Counted from the first letter of the stretch, positions 26,201-30,489 are shown. The stretch is 64,000 nt of DNA from Sphingobacteriales bacterium (GCA_012517435.1 JAAYUY010000076.1:1609-65608); one strand, 5' to 3'. Program-made: numbers and translations. The notes: generated by a model not told the origin, from the letters alone.

Positions 26201-29200
26201 TCAGGGCGGAAAGTTATGGTATTGGTTGGTGAAGCTCCGATAATATTAGTAAAGGCAAACTGCTCGTTGTAGGTGCCCGACCTGACATAGAACACAACAG
26301 GACCACACACGCCACCTGCATTCAAATCACTGACGGCTTCTGTAAAAGTAGCATAATCCGGTGAAGTACCTCCAATGGTATAAGTACCTGTCAAACTCAA
26401 TGTAGCTTTAACTTTTTTCAGGTCATTGGATGTATTTCCGTCAGAGGCACTGTTTGGATTTTCTGTCCATGCATATACACTGTCTCCTTTTGTAAGAGTA
26501 AGCACACCAACTGTAACATCCAGCGTATTGTACGAAGGTACTGAAATTGAGCTCAGGCTGTAAGTAGTAACCGTACCATTGTAGTTTTTCTTAAACTTGA
26601 CATCCACAGAGGTCAATGTTGAGGTACCATAATTGTAAATCCTTACTTTTACAGAGTCGGTACCCGGGCAGGAAGGATCGGAGGAAGAGGGTTTTAAAAT
26701 GTCTGTTACCCCTGCATCATTGGCATAAGGCGTGAATTCATCGGCTCCGATATCCGGTGTGGAAGCATGACGGCTTTCTCCGTCAATATCATCTGATACC
26801 GAAGTAACCGGTGTACCCGATGCATTCAGATTGCTGTTCACCGTGTGGAGATCATAGGTGGTGAAATAATATGGATTGACTGATTTTGAGTTTGCATCCA
26901 GCGAGGTTCCGGAATTCCATGAAGAAAGAGTCCCGTAACTGGTTCCATTGTAGTACCCCAGATTGGTGCCTGTAGCGTAAAAATTATTGTAATTACTCGT
27001 ATTTACTGTCGTGCTGGATGAGTAATACATGGCATAACCGCCTCCGGTATTCGACACACAGTTGTTTTTTACGTCATGATATGCCGATGAGGATGTGAGG
27101 TACAAACCATAACTACTGCTCGTTACTCCCGTAATATTTACACTGTTGTAATATATTTCCGAATAAGTTCCGGCATCATAAATCATATAGGTAGAGCCCG
27201 TTCCAATGGCTTGAGAAACAAAATTATTCGCAATTAATGATTTCTTGGTTGATGAGTTGGATCCACTTCTGTAAATACCATAATTGGTATTGGTGGAATT
27301 GTTTCCTTTCAGCGTTATTTTATTCTTTACAATTTCATTTATGGTCGAACCGCTATTGTCATAATAACTGGAAGCATAAATACCATACTGAGTGCTTGTC
27401 CCTTCTATGATTATTTCATTTCCATTGGTCTGGTTATTGGTATATGCTGAGTTGTAATAAATCCCATATTTGGTTCCGCTTCCGCCATTATAGATGTAAT
27501 TATTGTTTACTTTATTTCCAGTATTAAAATTAGTACCATAAAAACCATAGGCGGTAGAGGAAGTTGTCAGGTTAATGTTATTCCCGATAACCTCAGCATT
27601 CTGGCAACCGGAATTGTTGAAATAAATCCCATAATAGGTTGTTGAACTGGAGGAAGTAATACGATTGTATCTGATTTTCGCATAATTTTGATAATACATG
27701 TAAAAACCATACTGATACTGATTTTTAACCACATTGCTGTCAAAGGTATTATACTGGCAATAACTGCTGCTATAACCATAAAAGTAAACAGCGTAGGTGG
27801 CACCATCAAAAATGCAGTATTTAGAGGTGATTGACCCGGAATTGGAAGAGGCTGCCGTGGAATACAGATACCAGATGGCCCAATCGGTAGAAGCAGTAGT
27901 GGTTTGATTAGCCAGAAAACGGCAACTTTGAAACACCAGACTATCTGCTTTGGAGGCAAACTCAATCACCCTGCCCCGGCCGGTGGAGGTATTCTGAAAG
28001 GTAATCTGTTTGAAGGTAATATGGCTGCATCCGTTAAGTTTCAGGACATAGTTGTCTGTAGCCGTGGCATTATTGCTTAAAATGACCTTTGAACTGTCGC
28101 CTGAGTATGACCTGAAGAGAATAGTATTGGAGGTCGAAGCTCCCGGAATATTATTGATGGTGTAGTATCCGTTGTATGTCCCGTCATAAATTTCAAACAC
28201 AACGGCTGCATTCACACCTCTGCCGTTCAGATCGTTAATGGCTGCTGTTACAGAAGTATAATTGCGCGGTCCGGTGGTATTTGGGTCTATGGTATAGGTT
28301 CCGTTCATGGGCTCTGTAATCAGCCTTTCTCCTGTCGGATTCGATACCACAGGATATTTTGTCAGAATAGTTCCTGACGAATCAATGATGATGGTATCAA
28401 TGGTCCCGTCAATATAATCCCCGAGGCTTGCTGCAGTTACCACATCATAAGCCAGCCAGAAATAATTGGTTCCTGCGAGCAATGCCTGCGAACCGCTGAC
28501 AGAAAAGGTGTTGGTTATCGTATTCAGTGTTGAACCAAACTGAGTAGTGGTTGAAAAGGTAGAATCGTTTCCTGTATAGTAAACCCTTGCATTTTCCACA
28601 TCGCTCAGCGAAGTTGTTCCGCTGGAGGTAAATGCCAGCCGCTTGAGGATAAGCGGATTTGAACAGCCTGTGGTAATTATCTTCACGCCTAATACTTCGT
28701 TTTTAACCGAATTAGGCACTACCACCCCAAGATTGCTGTGAAATCCTGTTGCATAATTCATGGCATGAGCCGAAGGATTGTCGTCTGCACCGGCAAAAGC
28801 AGGCAAGGCACGGCAATTTCCGTCTATATCCGTAGTAATTCCATATAAAGACTGAACTATTTTCAATGAAGTATTGGAAGTATGCAGATCGCTGGTACTC
28901 GTAAAGGAAGGATTTACGTTTATTGAATTGGCATCATTGTTATTAAAGTTGTTTTTCCATGTTGCAAGGGTGCTTTTTGTTACACTGTTCAGATAACCCA
29001 TCTGTGCACTGCCGGTATAGTAAAAATTATTGTAATCGCAGGAAGTAATATTGGTAGAAGCATAAGAACTGGAAACAATCATAGCATAACCGGTACCTGA
29101 TTTTGAAATATTGTTATTTAAAAATCTTATATCCAGATAACTTGAACTGGTAGAGGTAGGTATATAAACTGCCGCACACGAAGTTGCTGAAGAGCCTGAA

Positions 29201-30489
29201 CAGGTATTGTTCACACTGTTAAACATGAAATCTGTGTAACCGCAGGAAGTCAAATAAACACTGTATATGGTTGAACCTGTACCGTTGGCTGTGGCAACAA
29301 AGTTATTATACACCTTGTTCCTTGCCGATGCAGTACCATAGCAGCTTGATAAATATAAACTATAACTTGTACCAGTAGTTGCTCCTTTACAATAAATTTT
29401 ATTACCTGAAATATTGGTGGTTAGGCTGCCGTTTGTGCCAGTAGCACTCGAAACATATATCCCGTATTGCGTGCCGGTACCTCCTGCAGAAACTTCTACG
29501 ATATTATTTTGAATCTGTGGTCCGTTGTAAGTACTTGATAAATACATACCATAAGTCGTAGAAGAGGAGGTTACATTAACATTATTGCCGGTAATAGTTG
29601 AATAATAATTGCTGGAGCCATAAATTCCATATAATGTTGATGAACTTGTTATATTGACAGTATTGTTGGAAATAATGGCATAATAGGAATAATAGACATA
29701 TATACCATACCTTGTAGTAGTTGCACCGGTATAGCTAATATTATTACCCGTAATTACAGAGTAGTAAAAAGGATAATAATGATAAATTCCATAATAATAA
29801 AAACCACCTATCTTGTTTCCTATTAATGAATCATAGGATGCATTGTATGAAGTAGAGCTCGCATAATATAAATAAAAACCAGAATAACCATTATTGACTA
29901 CATTGTATTTAAAAGCATTTCCCTGAAATTTACCACTTGAACTGACAGTAGCTCCAATTGATACTACTCCGTAATTTGCTCCGGAGGTAGTGGTTGTAGC
30001 TCTTTGAAGAATACAGTTTTCAATTTTGATATAATTGGTACCATACGTACTACTTGGATTAAACCTTACGGCATTCCCGGTCCCTGTACTGGTATTTACG
30101 ATTTTTATCCATTTAAACCGGTAATACTGAACATTACCTGTAGAAGGTGTAAATTGAACGGTAGCAGTGGTACTCGAATCGGTCAAAGTTACCTTTGTAC
30201 TGTCCATGCTCTGACTGACAAAAGTAATCATATTGGATGCAGAAGCTCCTGTTACATCCCGAAGGGTAATCGCTTCATTATAGGTTCCGTCTCGCACGAC
30301 AAAGGTAACACCACCCGTACCAACACCTTTGCTATTCAGGTCGGATATGGCTGCTGTAAAAGTGGCATAATCAGGGCTGGTGCCTCCGATGGTCTTCGTT
30401 CCGGTCAGGGCCTGGCCCCGGCTTTCCGTTACTGAAAACAGTACTGTAACTGCAATAAATACAATGAAATTCAATACGGCTCTTTTCAT
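2272..30489 (-). CDS. Giant (9405 aa) T9SS-secreted cell-surface adhesin-like protein. It has nine beta-helix/CARDB supermodules, BACON/Ig-like domains, a MAM-like jelly-roll domain, about 33 PKD domains, five SprB repeats and a type-A C-terminal sorting domain.
   Basis: Uninterrupted 28,218-nt ORF. The signal peptide is MKRAVLNFIVFIAVTVLFSVTESRGQ. The N-terminal part shows periodic NxxYGIY beta-helix rungs, PDIGADE-type linkers and CARDB-like Ig domains. It is followed by long arrays with the WxFGDG...GxYxVxL PKD signature. The C-terminus (YPNPADDYVNLEM...GLYMVEITTKDGVLRHKIFRR) is a Por_Secre_tail-type CTD. Confidence 0.93.
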   Translation of the reverse strand: MKRAVLNFIVFIAVTVLFSVTESRGQALTGTKTIGGTSPDYATFTAAISDLNSKGVGTGGVTFVVRDGTYNEAITLRDVTGASASNMITFVSQSMDSTKVTLTDSSTTATVQFTPSTGNVQYYRFKWIKIVNTSTGTGNAVRFNPSSTYGTNYIKIENCILQRATTTTSGANYGVVSIGATVSSSGKFQGNAFKYNVVNNGYSGFYLYYASSTSYNASYDSLIGNKIGGFYYYGIYHYYPFYYSVITGNNISYTGATTTRYGIYVYYSYYAIISNNTVNITSSSTLYGIYGSSNYYSTITGNNVNVTSSSTTYGMYLSSTYNGPQIQNNIVEVSAGGTGTQYGIYVSSATGTNGSLTTNISGNKIYCKGATTGTSYSLYLSSCYGTASARNKVYNNFVATANGTGSTIYSVYLTSCGYTDFMFNSVNNTCSGSSATSCAAVYIPTSTSSSYLDIRFLNNNISKSGTGYAMIVSSSYASTNITSCDYNNFYYTGSAQMGYLNSVTKSTLATWKNNFNNNDANSINVNPSFTSTSDLHTSNTSLKIVQSLYGITTDIDGNCRALPAFAGADDNPSAHAMNYATGFHSNLGVVVPNSVKNEVLGVKIITTGCSNPLILKRLAFTSSGTTSLSDVENARVYYTGNDSTFSTTTQFGSTLNTITNTFSVSGSQALLAGTNYFWLAYDVVTAASLGDYIDGTIDTIIIDSSGTILTKYPVVSNPTGERLITEPMNGTYTIDPNTTGPRNYTSVTAAINDLNGRGVNAAVVFEIYDGTYNGYYTINNIPGASTSNTILFRSYSGDSSKVILSNNATATDNYVLKLNGCSHITFKQITFQNTSTGRGRVIEFASKADSLVFQSCRFLANQTTTASTDWAIWYLYSTAASSNSGSITSKYCIFDGATYAVYFYGYSSSYCQYNTFDSNVVKNQYQYGFYMYYQNYAKIRYNRITSSSSTTYYGIYFNNSGCQNAEVIGNNINLTTSSTAYGFYGTNFNTGNKVNNNYIYNGGSGTKYGIYYNSAYTNNQTNGNEIIIEGTSTQYGIYASSYYDNSGSTINEIVKNKITLKGNNSTNTNYGIYRSGSNSSTKKSLIANNFVSQAIGTGSTYMIYDAGTYSEIYYNSVNITGVTSSSYGLYLTSSSAYHDVKNNCVSNTGGGYAMYYSSSTTVNTSNYNNFYATGTNLGYYNGTSYGTLSSWNSGTSLDANSKSVNPYYFTTYDLHTVNSNLNASGTPVTSVSDDIDGESRHASTPDIGADEFTPYANDAGVTDILKPSSSDPSCPGTDSVKVRIYNYGTSTLTSVDVKFKKNYNGTVTTYSLSSISVPSYNTLDVTVGVLTLTKGDSVYAWTENPNSASDGNTSNDLKKVKATLSLTGTYTIGGTSPDYATFTEAVSDLNAGGVCGPVVFYVRSGTYNEQFAFTNIIGASPTNTITFRPDPANSTTPVIYYAGTSSFPYVIMFNGANYITVKKLKIINNSVTGYANVVKFQGNNKYITLDSNIFQGLYSTSTGSNYAVIYDLSGSGNNTEYTNITNNTIKYGSYGIYLYGNSTSQSTYEYLNNISGNLIDSFYQEGLWLYYNRKTTINKNIVRGGPSATTLYGLDLYYCDTLVSVQQNQIIHTRTSSNTSYGVYMYYCRTDLANTHTVANNFVSINGGTGTAYGFYVYYTNYVNFYHNSVVNYAGPSSTSNVCMYFSTPITNNTIKLRNNLLVNKSSGYCIYTASTATFTSSNYNDFYTNGTILGNWGGTNCNTLSNWQSTSLQDANSMSVDPQFPWVNSPMHFSNAMNFGETGLGITTDIYDTVRVTPTVGAYEYKTPSYDAGISAIVSPSVPFCGSSVIVTLNNYGLQTLTHDTIFWSVNGTAQTPYVWSGTLASGNSTNVTIGTYSFTVSQTYTVKAWVGKVINNTQTDPNIYNDTATAVVTIAQLGMSGIYTIGGSSPDYATFNDAITDLTNKGVCGPTIFYVREGTYNTQITIPQINGASLTNYIVFQPDPANTNPVIINYSATGTGDNWVLRFYEADYVTWKGMKLYALGTTYANVVVFQGLTNYNTVESCYLYGYIGSTTSTSQAVVYHNTSTANKANYNKIKNNVIKYGSYSIYTYGVSSSDMEEANEITGNLIDSFYYYGLYNYYQSNLKINKNTIRGMGAYSTEYGIYAYYCYNALEITQNNVQVRSTSTNYGMYIIQGIGTLSSPGLIANNFISHTGTSTGSNYGIYSSGCTWHKYYHNSINIVVGSAGTTGNTCMYLSGSTNSNNIVKNNILYNGNSICMYLSPIDYVSASDYNCFYATFIGYANSTFYNTISQWRAGTLQDAHSIVEVPGFYSNTDLRHNNNNLNVGVGGLGITVDIFDSARIAPTIGAYEKPSSGYDLSVTQLLSPVKPICSTSQTVKVVIKNLGTYNITSDTIRWEVNGVSQTPVAWTGLLIPGDTEQVVLGTYNINTGSSYTFKVYHSYINGTIADINPGNDTLNVTGIQRGMSGNYTIGGTSPDYPTFTAAVNALIANGVCGPVVFNARNGTYTEQFSIPAISGASATNTITFQSEALDSSKVTIYYDATTQYGQYIVQLFNTSHIILRYLTIWNNSTSGYNRVIDIANGTDSIYILNNRLVGVSTTSSGTGYAVIYSDGSMANYRVQNVTIRYNRIENGSASIYLNGYTNASLNLYTWNNVIEYNVCKDFYYYGIYAYNQRGIKINNNILQSPSAAAYYPIYTYYFYYGCQVNNNTITTTGTTSTGYGIYSYYSYFGNQFNNNTISISGTYYQYGISLYYPYSGNQVNKNDITLTYTGTTTAYYQYGIYLQSMDSAYGSQKSTVLKNNVRLIGNSSYYIYQYGLYYISGWGNSMTYKNLIANNFISLTNNPSGYAYAVYFSSPGYTDFVHNTIHVASSSSSYYAFYVTGVQVTNSVDVVNNNFVNTAAGYCAYYSTNTAIRWMNNNNYYTTGTYLGYWGGARTDLAAWKTATAKDSSAVNYNPNFVSSTNLHASNTNMNNKGVGLSWLVADDIDNESRNASTPDPGADEYNVATLDAGISAIVSPSSAVCPGSVTPTVRIKNYGTATIDSVWVKYKVNYNGTVTSVKVVTTILSNGYYDYAFAGSINMNYGDTLYAWTEDPNNSTDNNTSNDLYKNRILQKLSGTLTIGGVSPTFSSFTEAVTALQTYGVCGPVTFLVRQGTYNEQITIPAISGISSSNTVTFRSDYSNSQMPVLTYAGTGSTNWIVRFNATSYITFKKIKFINTSTIYGTVFNFTGANEYLTLDSNWIEGTGNAASGNWASTNLALLYGTSGNQLHRSNITNNTMKYGSYGVYLMGNSTSDPERTNNFTGNTLDSFYYMGMYFYYHCYLTLDKNTLRSRGVYSTEYGLYLYYCDTSLAITGNNIMLRSTQTNYGIYMNYCRSNSTKAIPVNNNFVSITGGTTSTTYGIYLYYSSYNKLYHNSVNLLAGQANSSASACYYLYGSSSQYNEFVNNIGVHKNQGLALYLYPDNYLSACDYNDYYTNGNYFIYSGTYGYQSSLSQWILNSPWDDHSKDLDPSFYSNTDLRHYSSTMNFGVTGTGVTTDIFGTTRISPTVGAYEYIQPAYDAGITAILNPVVPLCALTGNVTVTLKNFGSTTLTSDTIRWSINGTAQTPYAWTGSLASGQTANVNIGAYSFTAGNSYTIKAYPSYFNGTQADGNPTNDTSTSAGIRTGLSGTYTIGGSSPDYSSFTEAVNALVTYGVCGNVVFNVRQGTYYEQIEIPAIPGAIQSRSVTFQNDPANTYDAVLTYAPSSSLTNYVLRFNGAKCITIKGLKIQTSSSAYGRVIEFKGNNDSITILNNKIYGSTFLSSSDIYTVIYNYSSGANTCNDITIQGNTIKYGSYAIYWFGDASPYEYRNAFISNTIDSFYTYGIYSYYQYDIKIQRNLIRSRSLITGEYGIYLINSNTSTGSTGSEISRNRIFLKGPGSDYGLYMNSCSGNSSVPFAVFNNYISIYGSNTSSAVYGLAVYSSQYVNIYHNSVNVQAGPSNTTSNAGLYLSGSSNYYNNVKNNIVVNKNSYAIYLSPNDYVASCDYNDLYTNSLYLCNNGTNYTTLSAWQAGSGWDANSVNIDPGFVSNTDLSHSNYSLNRGVTGLGISTDIFDSTRYTPTIGAYELKPIARDAGIIAILSPVHPSCAATADVKVTIKNFGTAALTSDTIRWTVNGVAQTPYAWTGNLSFGDTAQVVIGQYTLSTNTAYNFKVYVSYFNGQYAETQTGNDTVYGNNIYRGMSGTYTIGGTSPDFASFNAAVTALSTQGICGPVVFNVRNGVYTEQVVIPSITGSSATNTITFQSESNDSTKVTLQYSATLSTANYTIKLDGADYIIIRKMTIKALGTTYSRVVDLTNQANYNTFTSNIFIGYYSTNTSDANAVVYSYYTSQSTHCTFNTFTYNVVKYGSYGFRWGGYSPSYSEGNVFNYNLVDSFYYYGVFIYNQKAAKADYNTVRTNNTYINYGIYITQCYYQTEAIGNTVLLDGSSNTKYGIYFTSCYYGPRVNDNQITINSTYVQVGIYLTSCYYNDNMVKPTVLRNKVILKGTTSSSTSVGIYMNSLQGNGSSVEYRWLIANNFVSLYNGTGTCYGVQYTSCNNTDFIHNSISIRNGSTSSAALYFNHSSTNTYNYFYNNIASNTGGGYAVYIASSYVPQASDYNNIYATGTYIGYLNGSSYTSFANWQTAVTPFEANSKNYNPSFWSANDLHTWNTQLNAGTPVTYVNTDIDGHSRSTSTPTIGADEIRPAMKYVSSTTTQSVTSNVTPGSSYNQILGIQVVTSGEDSAISASKFSFTTNGTNSPTTNIQNARLYYTGTSNNFSIANQFGSTVSAPNGRFIITGTQELQAGTNYFWLAYDVKSGANIGDTIDAECDTVIVDDTARINTVTAPAGFRKITNDKVLSRIEYVQPSTDDVYRDSNYYPVLRLDFVVNGTTSNLYLDSLEVTAVNTSNSDIDTVRLFRTTTPTFSTAVPVGTGKVLSGGSVKWNSINYDLPGNSTTYLWITYDITSNAVWFNTVDAKIKANSISVNGSLYPTTDQNPTGSRMVNMLPLTLPYSEDFETATTPYTYTASTRPLNGSGLEEWQFESVPAPTDQSRLQMNAGSVYNHTTGGAYAALIDNAVFNSWAVGNLILTLNLSNYVGATDLDISFWYMYQMYRQYSAEDGVWVRGNNDPSTPWVLLYDISANRAGDMTWKNASASISDVLRNAGQSVSGTTQLKFSYKSRYQLGNEAVIFDDINISGTVPVNNDAGVYAITGPTPPYAPGTKSISATIKNYGLNTLTSAKVNWKVNGTAQSQQAWGGSLTSGQTATQSLGNVSVSDGILYTIVANTSEPNATTDNKPANDTATGYICAALSGNYTIGGTSPNFATFSDAAFFLNNCGVRGPVTFNVRAGTYNEQFELGQIPGASAVNTITFKSEDNDTSKVILTYGNSTSSTNYVISLNGTDYITFQYLTIRNTSNTYNRVIYATNSANYVKIKYNHIISSSTSVNGNNSDVVSFVGTGSGNYCQYDEVQYNTIENGYNGVVMNGYSYPVVYGNKIDYNTIKNFTYQGINVNQQRGISITNNTISSPVVGFYGININQIAYTSDVSYNSINVASYGIYAINCYYGNKFNNNIIDINSSNFKYGIYFSSVYYVNGTTKTQIQNNKIQLQGLNTAYGIYLYYFNGDNNTAANRNLVANNFVSITNSSTSYTHYGIYSYNSHYTDYYYNSVNITTGANNSSALYLYATTSGLYFKNNIFNNSGGGYAVYIPMSSVATITQFDYNNLRTTGSDLVYYNSTNYSSLATWNSASGLDQNSISKNPYFVSNTDLHVKTDTMKAGTPVTSFVTTDIDGATRSTSAPYIGADEGRENDAQLVSVTATPGCPGNYAVYVTLKNNGANYLTKDSIRWSVNGVPKTTYYWTGSLPTDSSITFSIGIHNFTSNENIVAVSYKPNGQNDPDASNDTATATIAPNPNPVAGFSIADDKQCLSGNSFSFTDGSTVSSGSIASWSWTFGNGNTSTSQNPSGISYSLAGTYDVKLVVTTNNGCKDSITKQVTVDPQPVADFSIADDKQCLSGNSYSFTDGSTVSSGSVSGWSWTFGNGNTSTSQNPSGITYSAAGTYNVKLVATTNNGCKDSITKQVTVDPQPVADFSIADDKQCLSGNSFSFTDGSTVSSGSVSGWSWTFGNGNTSTSQNPSGITYSVAGTYNVKLVATTNNGCKDSITKQVTVDPQPVADFTIDDNKQCLSGNSFTYTDNSSVSSGTITSYYWTFGDGTTSTSQNPPAKTYSTAGTYNVKLVVTTNNGCKDSITKQVTVDPQPVADFSIADDKQCLSGNSFSFTDGSTVSSGSVSGWSWTFGNGNTSTSQNPSGITYSLAGTYNVKLVATTNNGCKDSITKQVTVDPQPVADFTIDDNKQCLSGNSFTYTDNSSVTSGTITSYYWTFGDGTTSTSQNPPAKTYSTAGTYNVKLVVTTNNGCKDSITKQVTVDPQPVADFSIADDKQCLSGNSFSFTDGSTVSSGSVSGWSWTFGNGNTSTSQNPSGISYSLAGTYNVKLVATTNNGCKDSITKQVTVDPQPVADFTIDDNKQCLSGNSFTYTDNSSVSSGTITSYYWTFGDGTTSTSQNPPAKTYSTAGTYNVKLVVTTNNGCKDSITKQVTVDVQPVASFTTGNTCRENPATTFNTSTVSSGSITASLWNFGDGNTSSSTNGSHIYSNPGNYTIKLIVTTNNGCQDSTTNNITVYPKPVADFYAPNSSIDDTVQFSDSSTITSGSIVGFYYDFDDGTNSTLQNPKHKYLTYDTFYVSQIVVSDYGCKDTQVNQLIIYPKPGANFNYTNECYGFTTTFTNTSYAPPGQTFVSHHWDFDDGTTSTLQHPTHQYSASGTYDVQLIVTTNTGGKDTVVKTVTVYPKPMADFTINDDKQCYSGHSFSFTNTSTVSSGSIVSYDWNFGDGTTSTAQNPSGKTYSVPDTFDVTLIVTTDNGCKDTIVKQVIVFPQSVADYSINNDKQCLSGNSFSFADLSTVSSGSISAWNWNFGDGGTSTTQNPTHSYTSAGTYTVKLIVTTDNGCQDSVSKSVTVYPQSAADFSINDDKQCLSGNSFSFTDNSTVSSGSITGWSWSFGDGNVSSSQNPTHSYSAAGTYSVKLMVTTDKGCIDSVIKNVVVYPQSTAGFNINDDKQCLSGNSFSFTDISTVSSGSITNWNWTFGDGSNATTQHPTKVYTSAGTYTVKLIVTTNNGCLDSASSSVTVDPQTTVSFSINNDKQCLKGNSFDFTDGSTVSSGSVTGFAWTFGDGSSSTLQNPTGKVYASAGTYDVKLITTTNNGCTDSLTKQITVHPQSSVDFSVANACLDDTLAFTNLSTISGGSIATHYWDFADTYNSTDQHPKHKYAVSGNYNVMLVETTDKGCKDTVVKTLTVYPKPDAVFTHDAGCVNQAINFYNSSSVSSGSITSYLWNMGDGSGAVIVKNPVHLYNSAGNYTVQLIVTSNYSCRDTAVSVVKVTPLPVASFTVNNNCFGDSTVFTNTSTLSSGTMSYIWSFGDGDSSTVQHPKHLYQSSGTYVVTLTVITDNNCTDVFTYNVTIYPNPIVNFTLNDVCYGQNASFNNITYITSGTFTSNWNFGDGSSSTTASPSHYYNADGSYNVTLVATSNFGCKDSTVKSISIYPKPVSAFSATDNCTGKSISFSNTSTVSSGTLTHVWDFGDYTSSTSVNPLHTYTTANTYTVTLISTSDKGCKDTAISTITAYPVPVAGFNAGNVCKGTATSFTNTSTISSGTMSYVWTFGDGNSSTSSDPVYTYASAGSYTVKLVVTSDNGCKDSISKTVTVYPMPVVSFTAANVCNGTAVNFVNSSSVSSGSNSYLWNFGDGNTSNNTSPNYTYSASGTYSVKLIATTNNGCVDSLVKTVEVYPQPVAGFNAGNVCKGTATSFTNTSTISSGTMSYVWTFGDGNSSTSSDPVYTYASAGTYTVKLVVTSANGCKDSISKTVTVYPMPVVSFTAANVCNGKAVNFVNSSSVSSGSNSYLWNFGDGNTSNNTSPNYTYSASGTYSVKLIATTNNGCVDSLVKTVEVYPQPVAGFNASDVCKGTATSFTNTSTISSGTMSYVWTFGDGNSSTSSDPVYTYASAGTYTVKLVVTSGNGCKDSISKTVTVYPMPVVSFTAANVCEGNQVSFTNNSGVSSGTNSYSWNFGDGSTSANTSPTHTYTGSGTFDVKLIATTNNGCKDSLIKQVVVYPAPHAGFSATTVCSGDSTVFTNTSTISSGTMDYMWYLGDGNTSTATSFKYKYASAGTYTVKLVVSTSNGCKDSITQTVTVNPMPVASFTANDVCNGNAVSFSNNSTISSGSMSYLWKFGDGNTSNNVSPNYTYASSGTYSVELVITSDKGCVASVVKTVNVNPVPVAGFSANNVCDGQYVSFNNTSTISSGTMSYYWTFGDGNTSTSTSPSYLYASAGTYSVSLKATSDKGCVSTYNSSVTVYPMPTVSFTANNDCQGTAIEFKNTSSVSGGSNSYYWTFGDGNSSNNVSPYHTYSASGTFTVVLQATTDKGCIDTLSKQVTVYPLPVAGFSASNVCYGTSTSFTNSSTISSGTMSYLWNFGDNTTSTQTSPAHLYAAAGTYTVTLTVTSDKGCVSTISSQVTVYPMPVVSFTFNNICEGSSASFYNNSTITSGSMSFAWNFGDGATSTVMSPNHTYSVANSYNVKLVATSNYGCKDSSTKTITVYAMPKVSFSTANVCDKHSASFVNNSTISSGTMSHTWYFGDGSSSTVINPTKLYSAPGTYTVKLVTVSDKGCSDSVTKSVTVYDAPSVSFTTANVCYGNQASFTNTSSINTGVLTYKWYFGDGSTTTSMHATKMYASAGTYQVKLVATSNHGCSDSLTIPVTIYPKPDINIDAYNITCAGLNDGKITVHAHKGTSPYSFSMNGTTYQNDSNFVKLGKGSYSVFAKDQRGCMDTGSFVITEPDPIVITVSKVNVKCKGDMTGSITLTATGGTGTYQYSADGGKTYQAGNVFNGLKAGYYIVSVKDGNNCSESQGVTITEPIAALDVTVASKTNVSCKGSSTGSVSLTGTGGTGLYQYSLNGTTFQASGYFNNLPAGNYKAYIRDANLCLDSVSFTITEPAQALTIKSIDKTDVACYGDFSGKLTVHASGGVKPYKFTLDKVHYRSDSNFINLVKGVYTVTVIDQNGCQTDQQVTISEPSAPLSIKVDNITNENCPNDGTGALTVSGAGGTAPYTYSKDGVNYQASGTFSNLKSGTYEIWVKDSKLCLQSKLITISSNTLPPEADFDVYINSHSASFVNKSKNATSYQWNFGDASTSTANSPVHIYKAAGKYTVTLIAINSCTSDTITKQLNIYPTSIGDENSGQYIGVVIYPNPADDYVNLEMTANQDIGELYIRVLNSEGAVMDEYKGDVFDKQYRHRIDLMNYAKGLYMVEITTKDGVLRHKIFRR
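2275..2530 (-). other. T9SS type-A C-terminal sorting domain (Por secretion tail) of the 9405-aa protein
   Basis: The last ~85 aa read ...IYPNPADDYVNLEMTANQDIGELYIRVLNSEGAVMDEYKGDVFDKQYRHRIDLMNYAKGLYMVEITTKDGVLRHKIFRR. The coordinates are approximate. Confidence 0.8.
2790..3965 (-). other. Five tandem SprB repeats near the C-terminus of the 9405-aa protein
   Basis: Five ~80-aa units have the CxG.xDG.I...GG..PY.YS pattern. One example is NITCAGLNDGKITVHAHKGTSPYSFSMNGTTYQ. The coordinates are estimated from residue counts. Confidence 0.6.
6105..7385 (-). repeat. In-frame tandem DNA repeat of 486-bp units (two PKD domains each), about 2.6 near-identical copies
   Basis: The string ggc(g/a)gc(t/a)gtgaagctgac(c/t)accggcatcggatagac recurs at 6121, 6609 and 7096. 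The protein shows ...YPQPVAGFNAGNVCKGTATSF...VKTVEV repeated with only a few substitutions. Confidence 0.85.
10612..12676 (-). repeat. In-frame tandem DNA repeat of eight 258-bp units (one PKD domain each). Two alternating variants in the order B A B A B A A A by ascending coordinate.
   Basis: The string ggctgcggatcgactgttacctgtttcgt recurs at exact 258-bp spacing, for example at 11120, 11378 and 11636. The protein units are near-identical (PQPVADFSIADDKQCLSGNSFSFTDGS... versus PQPVADFTIDDNKQCLSGNSFTYTDNS...). Identity is visibly above 95% between same-type copies. Confidence 0.9.
14795..15380 (-). other. MAM/cleaved-adhesin-like jelly-roll domain (choice-of-anchor-J-like) inside the 9405-aa protein
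   Basis: The segment runs LPYSEDFETATTPY...GWxx...FWYMYQ...VIFDDINISG. YSEDFE at the domain start is typical of this fold family in Bacteroidota surface proteins. The assignment comes from motif recall only. Confidence 0.4.
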
